Source: Marsupella aquatica
Taxonomy: Eukaryota; Plantae; Marchantiophyta
Reading direction: 5' to 3'
Assembly (NCBI GenBank): GCA_973895155.1
Contig: OZ316894.1
Coordinates: forward strand, 9,461,440-9,525,439
DNA length: 64,000 nt
The notes under the pieces are model-generated. The model searched no databases, was not told the DNA's origin, and saw nothing but the letters and a program-made list of their open reading frames with translations. The translations under genes were made by a program, and so were the position numbers. Below, in pieces: positions 1 through 13,347 of the stretch (positions are counted from its first letter, which is position 1; each line of letters begins with the position of its first letter).

Positions 1-1713
1 AAAGTGAAGGAATTAAGGACAATGAACCTGCAGCAGTCAACACCGCAACAACGGTAAAGAATACGACGGTCGATAACACACAGGCAGCGATTGACCCCGA
101 TGTAGATACGCGTGAGAGCTTTGCAGAATCTGCCCACCTACAGCGGTAGTGTCTGAATCGAATGCAGAATTTACACAAGTTGAATGGGCAACAAGTACTC
201 CTTGCTGGAACCGTCCAGCGCCCTACATTCTTCATGGATGCCTCTCACTGGCTGCGAAAGCATTCAGGCTTTCTTGTAGTTTCGACTATGCTAGCTAGGG
301 ATCATAGCTATGCGTGAGTTTATGCTCTCGTTTTCTCAGTACGTTTGCTGTATTTTTACTAGTGCTGTGCAATTGCTCTTTCCTTTCCACCTTTGTCTCC
401 GCTCAATACTCGAATCTCGTTTTGAGATTGATTCACTCTTCGAGTGATCAAGTTATTAAAGCCATTGTTAATGGACAAGGATGGGTCTTCGAGGTTATTC
501 CCCGACGGATGAAAGACTCTGCAATCTCAACTTTGGAAAGGAGGGCGCCAAGGATTTTTGAAAGTTGGCACTGATGCGAGCACTGATGTCATGAGACTTG
601 CTGGGTTTTCCCCTTTGTTTCTCCCAGTTTATTGGGTTTTTGTGCCTTCGGATCGTGTCTCGCGCAATGTACATAATGCATGCTAAGCGCTAATTTGTTC
701 TTTGGCAGTGATCAATACGTACCCAAAGCTTCTAGTCAGATATATAGTAATACTTTTCTCGTTCTACATAATAGCTAAAAGAGCAGTGTTATCTTGATTT
801 CCATACAACAAACTTTCTTTTGTTTGGTATGGGTCCTTTACCCAAAAATAATTTCAAATATTGTTCAAATCAGGCGGAAAGCTGAAGGAGAAGGATACAA
901 GAGGAGGCTCAAAATCAGGCTCACAGTTAGGGCATACGGCTGCCGCCACAGTGCTGCTTGTAGCTCAGAATTGGAACTTCGCTGATCCGGGTATGGAGGC
1001 TTCAACATGATTACAAGGATATCATGGATTTTTTGATTGAGCTGGATGGGAGGTGGAAGCTGTCTGGCGGTGCAATGCAAAGGCATAGAACATGTTGCTA
1101 TACTTGCACTATAATAATGTATAACTGGCAGTATGGGGTTTGTTCTCCATAGTAAATTGATAACATTTGCAAAAATGTGCATGCAGACATTATTTACCTT
1201 AATCACTTCAATCGGTATACTGTGTGCATGCATGTCTTTTATAAGTGATCACACTTATCAATACCACAAAATTGAAAATTATATTGTATCAAATTGATCT
1301 TTTAATAATAGCAAGGGCAGGTAATTTTATGTTCTTGCAAAAAATAGCATTGAAGAGATATTAGAGAGGGGTCGAGCTGCTCACACCTACGTACTATACC
1401 CCTTCATTTTACAAAGGCTGGGGGCCCAGGGTTCACATGTAGGTTCCATTAGTTTGCAAATAACCAGGGCCCAGGGTCCAAGTCACAGGCATTGATGCAT
1501 GCATTGACAACAACAGTCAGCACATGGGTATTGTTGCACTGATGGCAACAACAATGACCACAATGACAATTGTGCAACGCACATGTTTGAGGCTAGTGAC
1601 ATATATCACACTGCCAAAAACAAAATGTACCCGATTACTGGGAGACACGACCCCAAAGGCAGGAGACTCTCAGTCAATTAAACTCACAATTAAAGGGAGA
1701 AAACAACGGAAAA

Positions 1714-2154
1714 ATATCCAAGGAATTCAAAAGAGCCAAAAGGCCCCCACAACAGTCCCCCACAAAGAAAACTCATTGATACCAAAAAACCCTATTGAGA
1801 GGCAAACTCAAAAGCCTAAGTCTACAGCTCTAGGGTACACCACAAAGGAGGGTTGCAAAGATCAATGGGAGCAGGACGACAAATAACACTAGAATCCTTG
1901 GTAGAGCTGATGTGGAGAACAACCCAATCAAGGGAAAAGGGAGGGGGAAAAGCCTACTATTTCTACTCCATATAGCTATTCTCATATTATCTTGTGCCTG
2001 AAAATTCATAGCCAAATAACCTTTAACGAGACAGACCTTACATAGAAGATCCTGTCAGTGTTTTGCAAAGCTTTTATGCTGCTGCTGGTCAGTTTGCTCT
2101 TAAACCACCACTTTATAGCCATAAAGAAAACCTCCTGGAAATGTGAAGCAAAAT
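1714..2154 (+). repeat. Direct-repeat copy of the segment just downstream of the MULE-like transposase (second copy 12123-12649)
   Basis: ATATCCAAGGAATTCAAAAGAGCC...AATGTGAAGCAAAAT aligns with 12123-12649 at high identity, with a few indels. Confidence 0.9.
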
Positions 2155-2959
2155 GGCACCAAAAGAAGAATGAGCAAAATGGAAAAATGGGAAAGTCTTG
2201 AATGTACACTTCCCCATTTGAAAGGCAGTGTAAATTCAAAATCCTGGGTTTACATCCTTGTAAACCAGCAGCCGGTCAATTTGCTCTTACATTCCAAACC
2301 CAGGTTGACAGCCTACCTACCACAGCCTACTAACCCCACCCAGACCTGGGTCATCTTGTAAGCTCCATGACGACCACTACTCAGGTCCCACCCAGAACTC
2401 CACGCTCCACCTAAACAAACCCGAGCTGGTGCCCAGCCCGCCCCCCTCCCACCCCGTGTTGGTTGGTGCCCCGCCCCTTCACTCACTCCAGCCCTCTGAG
2501 AAATGCGGCCCTTAAAATAGCGCCGTGTTGCATTTACTAGAAGGTCCTTAAAACAAAATAGGCACTTAAGTTAACGGACGGGCACTCTATGAGTGGACCA
2601 GAATAAGAACAGGTAAACACCGGGGCTAATCCCTTAATTAATGGGATAAAAAGTCTCCCATATATACGGTCTCCCCCCGCATACACTTGTCGACCATGTC
2701 TACGATCGCCTTTATATCCCATTAATTAAGTGGTAGCCGTGGTCCCAACTGTATACGTTCCCGATCTCACTCTCTGGCGGTGTCGGGACCCCACCACAAG
2801 AACTGAACCCTTCTTTTCCGACCTCGATCAGCACACTATTTGAACTGCTCTATGATACTGCGGTCTGACAGTTCTCATCACTGAAAGTTTCTCCAGCCAG
2901 CTGCTGTATACTTATTAGTGTCAATTTGCATCACAGTGAGGACGACAAGGAAGCTGATC

Positions 2960-5695
2960 ATGGGAACGGAGTCGCCCCTTCCACTTCTACTCACTAATGT
3001 GGTCCTCACCACCGTCGAGCCGCTCGAGAAAACGCCTCATGTGGAGAAAATCGACGCAACGGATGTAGATAATTCTTTGAGAGATGCGTTCATGCCCGGA
3101 CTTTATGCCTACAGACTGGCGGACAACTCCGACGCTTTGTATATGGAGACGGTCAATCGGATTCGACAAGGTCTGCGGAAGGTGCTAGTTCCGTTCTTCC
3201 CATGGGCCGGCCGATGGATTGCAATCCCTCCGGGAATCCCTGGAGGTACAGGCCGCCAGCTGCTGTGCAACGATAAGGGCATTCCGTTTATAGAAGCGTA
3301 TGTGGACAAGGATGTGGACTCAGTTGTGGGCTTCTCTGCGGAATTCCGACCTGTCCCGGAGCTGCAAGGCTACAGCGTTCTTGGCATGCAGGAGGTGAAT
3401 TTCAGACAACAGATGCTGCCAGATGGCCTCCCTTGTGCATTCGTCCAAGTAAGTTCACGGGCAACTTCCTTCATAGCCACCATACCGTCGCTGAATTTGC
3501 ACTTTTAGCCTAAATTTTGGTCTGAAACAGAAGTGGAGAGCGATCTTTTTTAACGCGTCTGGAATCGAAACGCACGTTTACGGAATGCTCCCTGAACATC
3601 GGAATTCTCTCACTGGCTGGAGCTATGAATGTAAAAGCTATGAATGTAAAAGCTATGAATGTTTTTGTTTTTTTAGAGCGCTCTTGAATTACACGACATG
3701 CATTGATATTACAAATTATAGTAAACAAAATCCGTATGTAATTGCTATATTTATCCGACACAGAATATAGCAACAGCAGTAGATTCGGACTTGTTAGTCT
3801 TCCAGCGCATGAGGCACCCCTTCCTTTGATATGCAAGTAATTGTTTGGTCACACATTTTTAAAGCACAAAAGGAACAATGGCAGGGACGAAGGAAACTGG
3901 CACTTTGGGCGAAGGTTCAAATTAGACATTGTCACTTTTACACTTATCACTGTCTGTGGGCAGTAGAAGGAGTGCCAATTCTCGTTTTCTACTCATAATG
4001 CACCCAGATTGAAACCTTCCATGTTATATCTCGTGAGTTCTGTCCTGTTGTTCAGTTGTGTGCCCTTCAGAATGTGGTCCGCGTGTGCGATAGACAGGCT
4101 CTATGGGAATTGGCACACTCCCTACCAACCCATACGTTGTGTGACAAAGCCTCCTTTTATTAAGTTTTGCATTACCCTTTTGACAGTCACTATAGTTTTC
4201 ATCTTAAAGAGAACTCATGATTTGACCTGGGAAGAATGAATAATGTATTGGTCTCCCTCGAGAGTAGATACCTCTTAGATCTAACTTAATGAAGATGGAC
4301 TTGATTTTACTTATTTAAAGGTTTGGCTTTCAAACAGGTCACACGTTTCAAATGTGGGGGCCTGGTCCTTGGAGTTACCTGCAATCACATGATCTCGGAT
4401 GGCCGGAGTTTTATGCATTTCATGACAGCTTGGTCTGACTTCTCTCGAGTTGACAAAACCGACATGATTCTGGACCACAATCGAGCAGCGACACAGATGT
4501 CAAGCCCTGGATCCCGGCCGACTACCACTTCGACTGATGAACAAAAAAAGCATGGAACACAAAATGTTACGAGGTAAAGCCCTTGTAAACAGGCTAGAGT
4601 TGCTGTCTTCATCTATCCAAGTTTTGTGAGCGTTATGGTAGGTATGAAAGATATGCCTTGTTTCGTACTTAGGTGCAATTCATTCTTGTGCCTCACTCAA
4701 CATAATGTTGCAAGCTGTTGTAGTATCCTTTCCTTCTTCATAATTAATTACATACTAGTATAGCACTAACGATTTGTCCTCTACTTTTCTGTCTCTTAAG
4801 TCAACGCAGCAGTCATCAAATCTCTCAAACAGGAAGTTAAAAGGAATGCAGAAGGAGCATACGTGAGCACAATGGATTGCATATCCGCTCACATGTGGAA
4901 AACTCTATCAAGTCTGCCTTTCTCGATCAGTAGTGGAAAAGAAATTGGAATGCTGAGTACTGTTGATGGCGGAACCAAGTTCTTTGATCCTCCACGGCCA
5001 AATTTGTTAGGAAATATGATTGCAGTTATGAGGGCGCCGAAGATTTCAAGTGCCGAACTTTTGAATATGCCCTTATCTATCATTGCGAGCAAAATCCGTG
5101 ACAAGATCAATACAACGAGTCGCGAAGAATGGCTTTCTCCCGAAAGGTATATGTCTGGAGTAATAAATAATTTTTTATTGGCACTGAGTGTGTCTTCTTG
5201 CACTTTTGCATCTGCAGAGAGCCTGGCTGGCGTCCCATGCCTGATTTGGATTTTAGTAATGATGTCATTCCATGTTGTTATCTGATTTTATTAAATGTTC
5301 ACAGCGGATGGATTGTCCATCTACCAAATATTGACATTGATACCAATTATGTCTGTGATGTTGCAGGATAGGAGAAACAACGGAGGCCATCGTGAATGAT
5401 AATACATTGTCATGGTCACAGACTTGCTGCAGTTCCTTCCCATATTATAATCGATTTTGGGTTTGGCAGCCCAGTTTTTACAGGGCTGAACCAGGCATTT
5501 TCTTTGGACGGGTTTGGCCTGTCCTTCGTCGGCCCTCCTACTCCCGGTGTTTCTTTTTCCGCTGCATTTCTGCACATTTCATCTACTCCACAGGTTCTGG
5601 AAGCTCTTGAACATCATCCAGATTTTCTGCCCTTTTTCCTTCCTCGAAAAGTCATAAACATTCATGGAAAGGGTAACCACAGATCTGCCAATTAG
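2960..5695 (+). pseudogene. BAHD acyltransferase, copy A, probably disabled. Exons ~2960-3448, 4338-4573, 4801-5146, 5367-5695
   Basis: Motifs: PFFPWAGR, LLCNDKGIPFIEA, conserved Q-intron before VTRFKCGG, HXXXD (HMISDG), DFGFG (DFGWG-like). Lesions relative to copy B: 5 extra nt at ~4548, exon-3 acceptor TAG changed to TAA at ~4799, and a 1-nt deletion just before DFGFG at ~5449. Confidence 0.85.
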
Positions 5696-5934
5696 TTTAT
5701 ATGAATTCTATTGGCATAACAGAGTTCCAAAACTATATGTCTAGAATGAACCGTATATGTTTCTAAAATACAGTGTACAATTAATAATACATAGAAAAGT
5801 AATGATGTAATGCTAGCTTGTCTCTCCAAGAGAATAGAGGCCCTCACATCATACATTTGACATCATAGTGCATACATTTTACATCATAGTGAAAGGTGTT
5901 AATGTGACACTTTTGCCCCTAATATGTTTGTGCC

Positions 5935-6965
5935 CCCTGGGCCCTCACTCTTACTATATTAAGTGAACCCCCCTGAGAACAAACACCCCCAGTGTACCCT
6001 TTCTTAATATTTCTGTTCACAAAAAAAATCCCATTGTTAATGTAAAAATATTAACTTTTCCTATTAAATTTTATCCTTTTGTAAATTATAATAGAGTTTT
6101 TCAAGGAATTGAAAACACCCTTGAATTTTTAGAATTACAAATATCATATTGAAATAGATAAAACTTTATCTTTCATAGGGGACTTGTATGTTATGCTCGA
6201 TCTTCAAGGTACATATTTTATATATAGATAAACAAAATTAGTACGAGAGAAAATTATAGTTCTTCCTATAGTCTACACATAGCCATGCACTCTTGTCTTA
6301 GTGTTCGCAAAAGTGCCTCTAAACTTATAGTTTCATAAGTACTATATATGTATAATCCAAGAATAATACTCCAAAGTCTGAACCAACTATAACAAACATT
6401 GTTGAGCGCCTGAGACCCCTCCCTCAACACACAAACACATCTGGCCTCATACCTGGTTGTTTGATTCAAGGGAATTCAAAAGTAATCTTGTCCTTCCATG
6501 AGAGATTGATCCATGGATCCCCATCAATCCTAGTTTCCCAACCAAGTTGGGCCCAAAGATTCTGGCCCAACATTTACTCAACTCCCCAGTTAACTCCTAA
6601 ACATGCGGGTAAACATGTCTACCCAAACCCATTTGTTCCACCATAAGGGGACCAACGAAACCAAACTTGCCTTAAGACAATAAATAATTAAATGTTTGAT
6701 TTACTATATGGACACGTGTGCAAATGAAGTGATGACATGTGTGCCAACCATATAGTGACGCGTGTACTTGGCATTTTGGGTACCCTTGCATAAGATTTAT
6801 GTCACATGTATTGATAAGAGTCTTATTACTAATATTGTGGCGAATGTATATAGAGGGATGTTGCCTACTTTAAAAACTATTATAAAAATTAGTTTGCATT
6901 ACATTAAAAATACCCTTGCGTTGTTCGCACGTCCTCCCTGTATTAGTAACACTAAGGGCCCAGGG
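5935..6965. mobile_element. Non-autonomous TIR element with 8-bp TSD (hAT-like)
   Basis: TIRs CCCTGGGCCCTCACTCTTACTA / TAGTAACACTAAGGGCCCAGGG; TSD TTTGTGCC at 5927-5934 and 6966-6973; the element is absent (empty site) in the inverted paralogous arm near 49965. Confidence 0.85.
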
Positions 6966-7747
6966 TTTGTGCCAGTGGTGGGGACAAAGTCCAAAGTACA
7001 CCTTAGTTAGTCAAAGGTGTTTGGACAAAGGTGTATTTTATCCCTATCCTAGTAGTGAACCATGCCAACACCCGTATTATTTCATAGATCATCCTGGTTG
7101 CTCCTGTTTTGGAGACTGGATTATACCTGTGGGGGATTTGCAGAATGTAGATTTTTTTGAAGCTGCTATATGGTGAAAATCTTATACCCTATTTTGTCTT
7201 ATTAAAGCTACTTGTCTTTCACCTAAAATTTAGGGTAGTTTCTTCACTTTAAAGGTGTGCATGTTTATTCCATTTATTTCTTTGAATCACTATTTTAATA
7301 CATTTGAATACAATGCTATAGCTGCCATTTGATAAACTATTTAAATTAATTGGTAGTTTACATAGGGTACAATTGACATTATTGTCAATAAGTTAAAATA
7401 GTTGTGTCGTAGAACAAACAATCATGCTATAATACCAGCGAGGGATGTGCAAAATGGATTGATCAGTGGGGTAGTCACTTTGCCCATATGTCCAAGTTGT
7501 GACAATTCAGAATAAACAAAAGACTGCCTGTTTTTCTCGTGCCCGTGTGAAGCATCCATTGGAATTGCTAAAGTATCTCACCTGGAGTACCATTGAGGAC
7601 ATGTCCTTTGGGAATAACCTCTCATGAATCATGACCAAAGCTACTATATATATCATTGTTGTCAACAGGTTGTCCCAGATTTGTGAGAAACCGTGTTAAA
7701 ACATTCACGGCGATTCCCAATATCGATGCACATTAATGCGCCATTAG

Positions 7748-7951
7748 AGGACCGCCTTACACTTACGCTTGGTTTACAGGCGTTGCATGTGGTTTAGGAT
7801 GTCGGGCAGCGTTCCGTGATAGAACGGGCAGGGACTGTGTCCTTACCCTAAACAGCCCCTCGGTGCCTATCCCTATCACAGCAGGGACACCAGTCCCTCC
7901 CGACCCAATCCCGCCACGCCGGCCCTGGCATCCGTAAGTGTAAATGGGTCA
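7748..7951. mobile_element. Small imperfect foldback/MITE
   Basis: TTACACTTACG (~7757) pairs with CGTAAGTGTAA (~7933), with further internal inverted similarity; no clear TSD. Confidence 0.45.
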
Positions 7952-8249
7952 CAGGTAGTATAACCTGCCATCGCAATTGTAAAGGCCCGAGTGGATGTCG
8001 TGTAAATGTAGGGCTATGTATACTTGTCTATACATTCAATTCATGGGTACTGTTTCAAATCGAGTTGTGTACACTTTTGAGCAGGATGTTAGTGTCACAC
8101 AATTCTGCACAATTTCCCGAATACTTTCCTGCACATTCCAACATTCTCATTCTCTGTCATGACAGTGTGTGAATCGTGCATTTTTTTGCAATGCTTCATG
8201 CAATTCATGCATGGGTTCATACATAGATCGTGTGTGTATTCCTCGAGTC

Positions 8250-8537
8250 CTCGGGGGTTTCACTTTCACAAAAATGGCACATCATGTGCGACAAAGTATA
8301 GGGTTGTTTTATTGGTTTGGAGGGAAGACTTAAGAATTTTTGTAGAAGAACAATAGGGTCATTTAAATCCAATTTTGAGATTTATAAGAACATTAGGGTC
8401 TTTCTAATCAAAATTTTGGAATCAAGAATATTCCAACTTTATAGGAGTTTAAAATGATATTTTTTCTTACATTTTAGGGGGTCCGAGACCTAAAAACGTC
8501 GCAGGAGATGGGGAGGTCTCCATGTAGTGAAACCCCC
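8250..8537. mobile_element. ~290-bp MITE, family also at 35184-35460
   Basis: TIR GGGGGTTTCACT / AGTGAAACCCCC; body is homologous to 35184-35460 (CACAAAAATGGCACATCA.GTGCGACAAAGTAT...). Confidence 0.8.
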
Positions 8538-9100
8538 ATTCAAGCTTGGGTCATGGTGAGTTGGATGTGGACTAAGTGAAAATACAAATATGTACAATGG
8601 GGGATGTTAATGGAAGCGACGGGGTTGAACATGGCGTGTGTATGAGTTCACGTTTCCAGGGTGGTCATTTTGAGGCAGTGGTGCCACTATGTATTGTGCC
8701 TCCAGGCAATGTCAGTTGCGTTCTTGCAACATAGGATTCCTGAGTTCAAGAAACAAAAATACAATTCTGATGTACCCAGGCCAGTGGATCTGAAGATGCA
8801 GATGATATCTAGGTGACGATGGTGGAGGGTGTTGTAGCAGATGCCCTTGATGTGGTGTTGGACCAGCTTCAGGGTATTCGTATTGAGGACACTAACACTA
8901 GCTGTCACTGTTCAGTGTGAGCTAACGAATTGGAAAACTCCATCTATCCACAAGAGCTTTTGTGAAAACTGAAATGTGACCACATTCAGGATCTGCCTGT
9001 CAGGGAATTTGATTCCACTGCTCTTCAATGGTGGGGATTAAAATCTGACTCTGCTTGGATCCCACAATGCAGGCTGAATGATTTCATATGGGGCAAGAAT

Positions 9101-12027
9101 ATGAGAGCGGATAAATTTCATACTCAATTTACTACTCGGCATTGCTGGAGAATAGACCCCTTGGTTAAGACCACTACCCTCAAATATTGTTGTTGCTTTG
9201 GTCCGAAAGATTATAAAGGATGGAAACTGAGTAATGTCATGCCTGAGAAGTTGAAATCAGACCAAGGAGGTGTCTTCTTGAAGAGAAAAACTATAACAGG
9301 AATGTATGTACATCGTGGCTGCCGGTGCTCCTTTACTTCCATGAAATTTGAGGACCGGCCAGAGGCCCTATTGATCAAATGGATCCGAAGACAGCATTTG
9401 GACAGGCAGAATGCATTTTGCCATGGGCTGCAAGACAAGACAGCATTTGCAACCAATGCACACATTGTCTCGCAAATTTCGCTAAAGCTGCGTACAAAGA
9501 TTGAAAGATACTTGACAATTGTCAATGCCCACTTTGACAAAATCGTCAATCGATGGCGGAAAGACCACCCGGACAAGGATGCAGATTATGTTATGTCCAG
9601 AGACGTGCAGCTCACCCCGAGAGATGTTCAAACAGTACGGGATTCCCGGGGGGATTCCATGCGCCCACGTCAACCGAACTATTGTTCGGATGAAACACAT
9701 GCTATTAAATTGTGGGCTCCACAAAATGAGGACCAACTGGTATTATATCAAGAGCAGATTCAATGCTCCAACCAGCCATTCATACTGACATGGTCATCTC
9801 CATGGCATAAAAAAACAATTATGGCAACACTTGGTATGAGGGGCCCGTTGCATTTGATGCAACATTTGGCACCAAGTGTGGTGTAAGCTTTCCTGAATTC
9901 CCCCATTGACTCTCGCCACATTTTTGCATGAATGTCTTATTGAAACTAACTCCAACACTATTCACTTGTCTGCATTGTGGTCGGGATTGTGGTGCAGTTC
10001 TCGTTCTACACTATTGTTGTCTTTGATAAATTCCAGAATGCAATTCCCGTGGCCTTTGCTCTATTGCAAAGGTACACAATTGTACAAGTTTTAACCAGGT
10101 CTTGACCGCCTTGAAGGATTGTGTGAATGCAAAGAGGGTTGAAGTGAATTTGCATGATCTGTGGACGCCCAACTGTGGATCATCGACATAGCTCAGGAGG
10201 AGCAAGCAAGCAATCAGGTATATAAGTCCACTGTGGAATGTGAACTATGATAGTAATCATTTTGAGTCTAACTTCTGTCTACATTGTTCTTCTACTCAAC
10301 GGCAATTGGTACCTCATTATCCACATGTTCTATGCCCAGCCAGGTGTTCCCAAATGTACATACCACTTTTTGTACCTGGCATGTTCGAAGAGCCTGGACA
10401 AAGAACATCATTTCCAAGGTCTTCTGCCCATTTGCTAAGGCACACATAAATGCAGAATTGGGCGCCATTATGTATTCTAATGGTAATGGTGAGTCCTGTT
10501 CATGTAATTTATAAGTGAAGTATGTGTTCCCTGCTGCTGTTACCATGAAATTGAATGCAGGGTCCAATCCAAATCTATAATGATGCTAATAAATACATAA
10601 CTTTTGCATAGTTCTTACGGAAGAGGCTCAATCGTTTATGGACCGATGGATATAGACTCAACCTGCATTTGTTGCATATTACAAATGTGAGTGGCATTGG
10701 AAGGTTTGTAGCTGGGCTGTGAAGTTACGGGCATACTTTCATGCAAATCAAAATAAGAACGGGGGAATCGAACGATGGCATCACACTCTTAAGATGGAGT
10801 TGAAGGCTGGCAGGTACAACATCACTGGAAGGTCAATTCCTTGGTTACTAGGCTGTTTGAAAGTCCTGGAGAACCACTACTAGTTTATTGCAGCCGAGAA
10901 GTTCCAGGGTCCTATTCGGAACAAAACTATTGAACAGCTTGTGTACACGTCTTTGAACATGGCAAAGGCCACTCCAAATGCACCCGTTGTGCCCTTTGAC
11001 TATGGTCAATCAAAATGTGCATCTGTTCACAGCACGTCAATGCACAACAGTGCCATGAAGGAATATATTGTAACAGATTGGGACAAGGACACATGCTCCT
11101 ATATGTGTGGCTTCTCACTCTAGAGAAATGCTTGCAAACACCAGGTACCAATACACTATTCCCATATGTCAGCTATTATATGTTTGTTTATTCGCGCTGG
11201 CCACACGTCATTTGGACCGCGTTTGTGAATGATACTGAATGAATTGCCTGCCATGGCCAGATAAAAGTCTTATCGCTGACACAGAAGATGACTGAGCTAG
11301 AGGTGCTTCATCAGCTAGGAACAAAGCTTGGGTCCTTCTGTGGTGGGGTTGAAAGGCATCTGAGTCAGCTGCATGGAGACGACAATGCTACGCACCTCGC
11401 TGCGCACCCACTACAGGTGGCCAATGTCACTCTGGTGTATGCAGATGAGGATGTGTGGGAGGCACCACATGAAGATACAGTCCCAATAATGCAGGACTCA
11501 CCACCCTTGGAACATTATGAAGCAGTTGTAAAAAAGTGCTACGAGTGTATCTCATACCATCCAACCCTTACAAAGCAAGGTTACTGGAGTTGATGCATTG
11601 GATGGAGTCCTTGCTCACAAGAGAAGCCAAGCAAAACATCTATCGGTTACAAGGAGAACCCAGGCAAGAGGCCCTCACTCCCGCTGAAGGAACTGACAAA
11701 ACCACAGTCAGGAAACGAGGTTGGGTCAATAAATTAATGGGGGCAAAGGACCGACGCAAGCGGCAGGGGCAGAAAGCACACCTCACCAGCACAAAGGAGA
11801 ATCTGCCACCATTTCCGGAAGGGGACCTGCGAAATTCTATATGTGGTGTGAATGCGCCTGAGAAGCTGCAAATCAAAAGAAAAGAGAAACCTGCATCTTT
11901 CCTAGCTAAATTTGAGAAGGAAGCCATTGATGCGCTAGGTGACATGTGTTCAGCTATCTCAGATCAGCAACAATTGGAGCTTATTGGAAAAGAGGGTGTG
12001 AAATGTAAATCGCTGGGGGGAGCCTAG
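9101..12027 (+). mobile_element. Decayed, intron-containing Mutator/MULE transposase with SWIM zinc finger
   Basis: Across frames: GPVAFDATFGT (9841, first catalytic D), FCTWHVRRAW (CxxH, ~10370), NGGIERWHHTLK (catalytic E region, ~10760) and a degenerate SWIM CSYMCGFSL*RNACKH (~11090-11140). Multiple stops and frameshifts. Confidence 0.75.
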
Positions 12028-13347
12028 GAAGGGGAGACGACCCCCAAAAAATAGAGCCACGTCACAGTTTCCAAAGTACTCACACAGGTATCGCAGGATT
12101 TGCTAGTAAAGCATGGTTTTTCATATCCAAGGAATTCAAAAGAGCCAAAAAAAAGGCCCCCACAACAGTCCCCCACAACAGAAAACTCATTAATACCAAA
12201 AAGCCCTATTGAGAGGCAAACTGAAAAGCCTAAGTAAGTCTACAGCTCTAGGGTACACCACAAAGGAGGGTTGCAAAGATCAATGGGAGCAGGAGGACAA
12301 ATAACACAAGAATCCTTGGCAGAGCTGATGTGGGGATACACAAGGGGTCGACTAAGCGAGGTGTGTGAGAAGGGTGCACAGGAGACTGGGTCCCAAAGGC
12401 AGTGAGAACAACCCAATAAAGGGAAAAGGGAGGGGGAAAAGCCTACTATTTTTCTACTCCATAGTTATAGCTATTTTCATATTCATATTAATCTTGTGCC
12501 TGAAAATTCATAGCCAAATAACCTATAACGAGACAGACCTTACATACAAGCAGATCTGGTGTTTTGCAAAGCTTTTCTGCCGCTGGTCAGTTTGCTCTTA
12601 AACCACCACTAGCCATTAAAAAAAACCTCCTGAAAATGTGAAGCAAAATAGTGGTTCCTTTGAGAAGTCTTTGATCGCATAGTGCCCAGCCCTTGTGCAA
12701 TCCACTTCCACAACTTGAATTGAAGCTTCATTAAGTTTCGGATGAATTATCAAACTGAGTAAAATGCGTTACAATGAGAATGTGCTGTAAATAAGGATGC
12801 TTCGTAAACTACAGACACCTGAAGAAAATTGATTGGTTTGTTCGAACGCTTCAATCAAATGAAGATCTCTGTTCAAAGACCTAGACAAATGTAGAATCGT
12901 TTGCTCGAACAATCCGCAACTGAAAAGAAAATCTCTCATAGGCCCACCCAGAATCAACAGCAATCTATCACGGCGATGCCATGGCGAAGATCACATAGGC
13001 GGCGTTCGTTTTTTAAAACGATCATTGCCGTTTCATAAAGAAAGCCATATAAAGAGTGGGGCAACTTGCAACTTTGGGGCTTGTTGTGTTTGTGTGGAGC
13101 AGTCACTTGATAATAGTGAAGCGACCACCCAGGAAGGGCAACTGGCACAAATGGAGGATAGACTTTCCTTCCCAAAGAAAGTGTGCTCCATCAACTACTG
13201 TAGTTATCGCCGTCTGTGATAAAACAAAGCTTGTCCTTCATTTTGACTCGCTCTACATAAACCTCCCTCATGTCAAACTACCGGACAAGCAAATTGAACA
13301 AAATCCTACTGTTTCTTCACAGGAAAAGAGCGATGGTGGCCAAACTT

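Larger units (their letters stand above)
2154..7703 (+). repeat. Left arm of a large inverted segmental duplication (pairs with ~49549-53957)
   Basis: Upstream region, BAHD exons and introns, and downstream sequence match the reverse complement of 49549-53957, e.g. 7681 TTGTGAGAAACCGTGTT vs 49556 AACACGGTTTCTCACAA. Confidence 0.92.

Noticed and set aside
3-149. Open frame SEGIKDNEPAAVNT...HLQR* at the window start
   Set aside because: It could be the tail of an upstream gene, but it is too short and has no recognisable motif.
870-1100. Exon-like stretch with several in-frame stops
   Set aside because: No family could be recognised, so it cannot be supported as a pseudogene.
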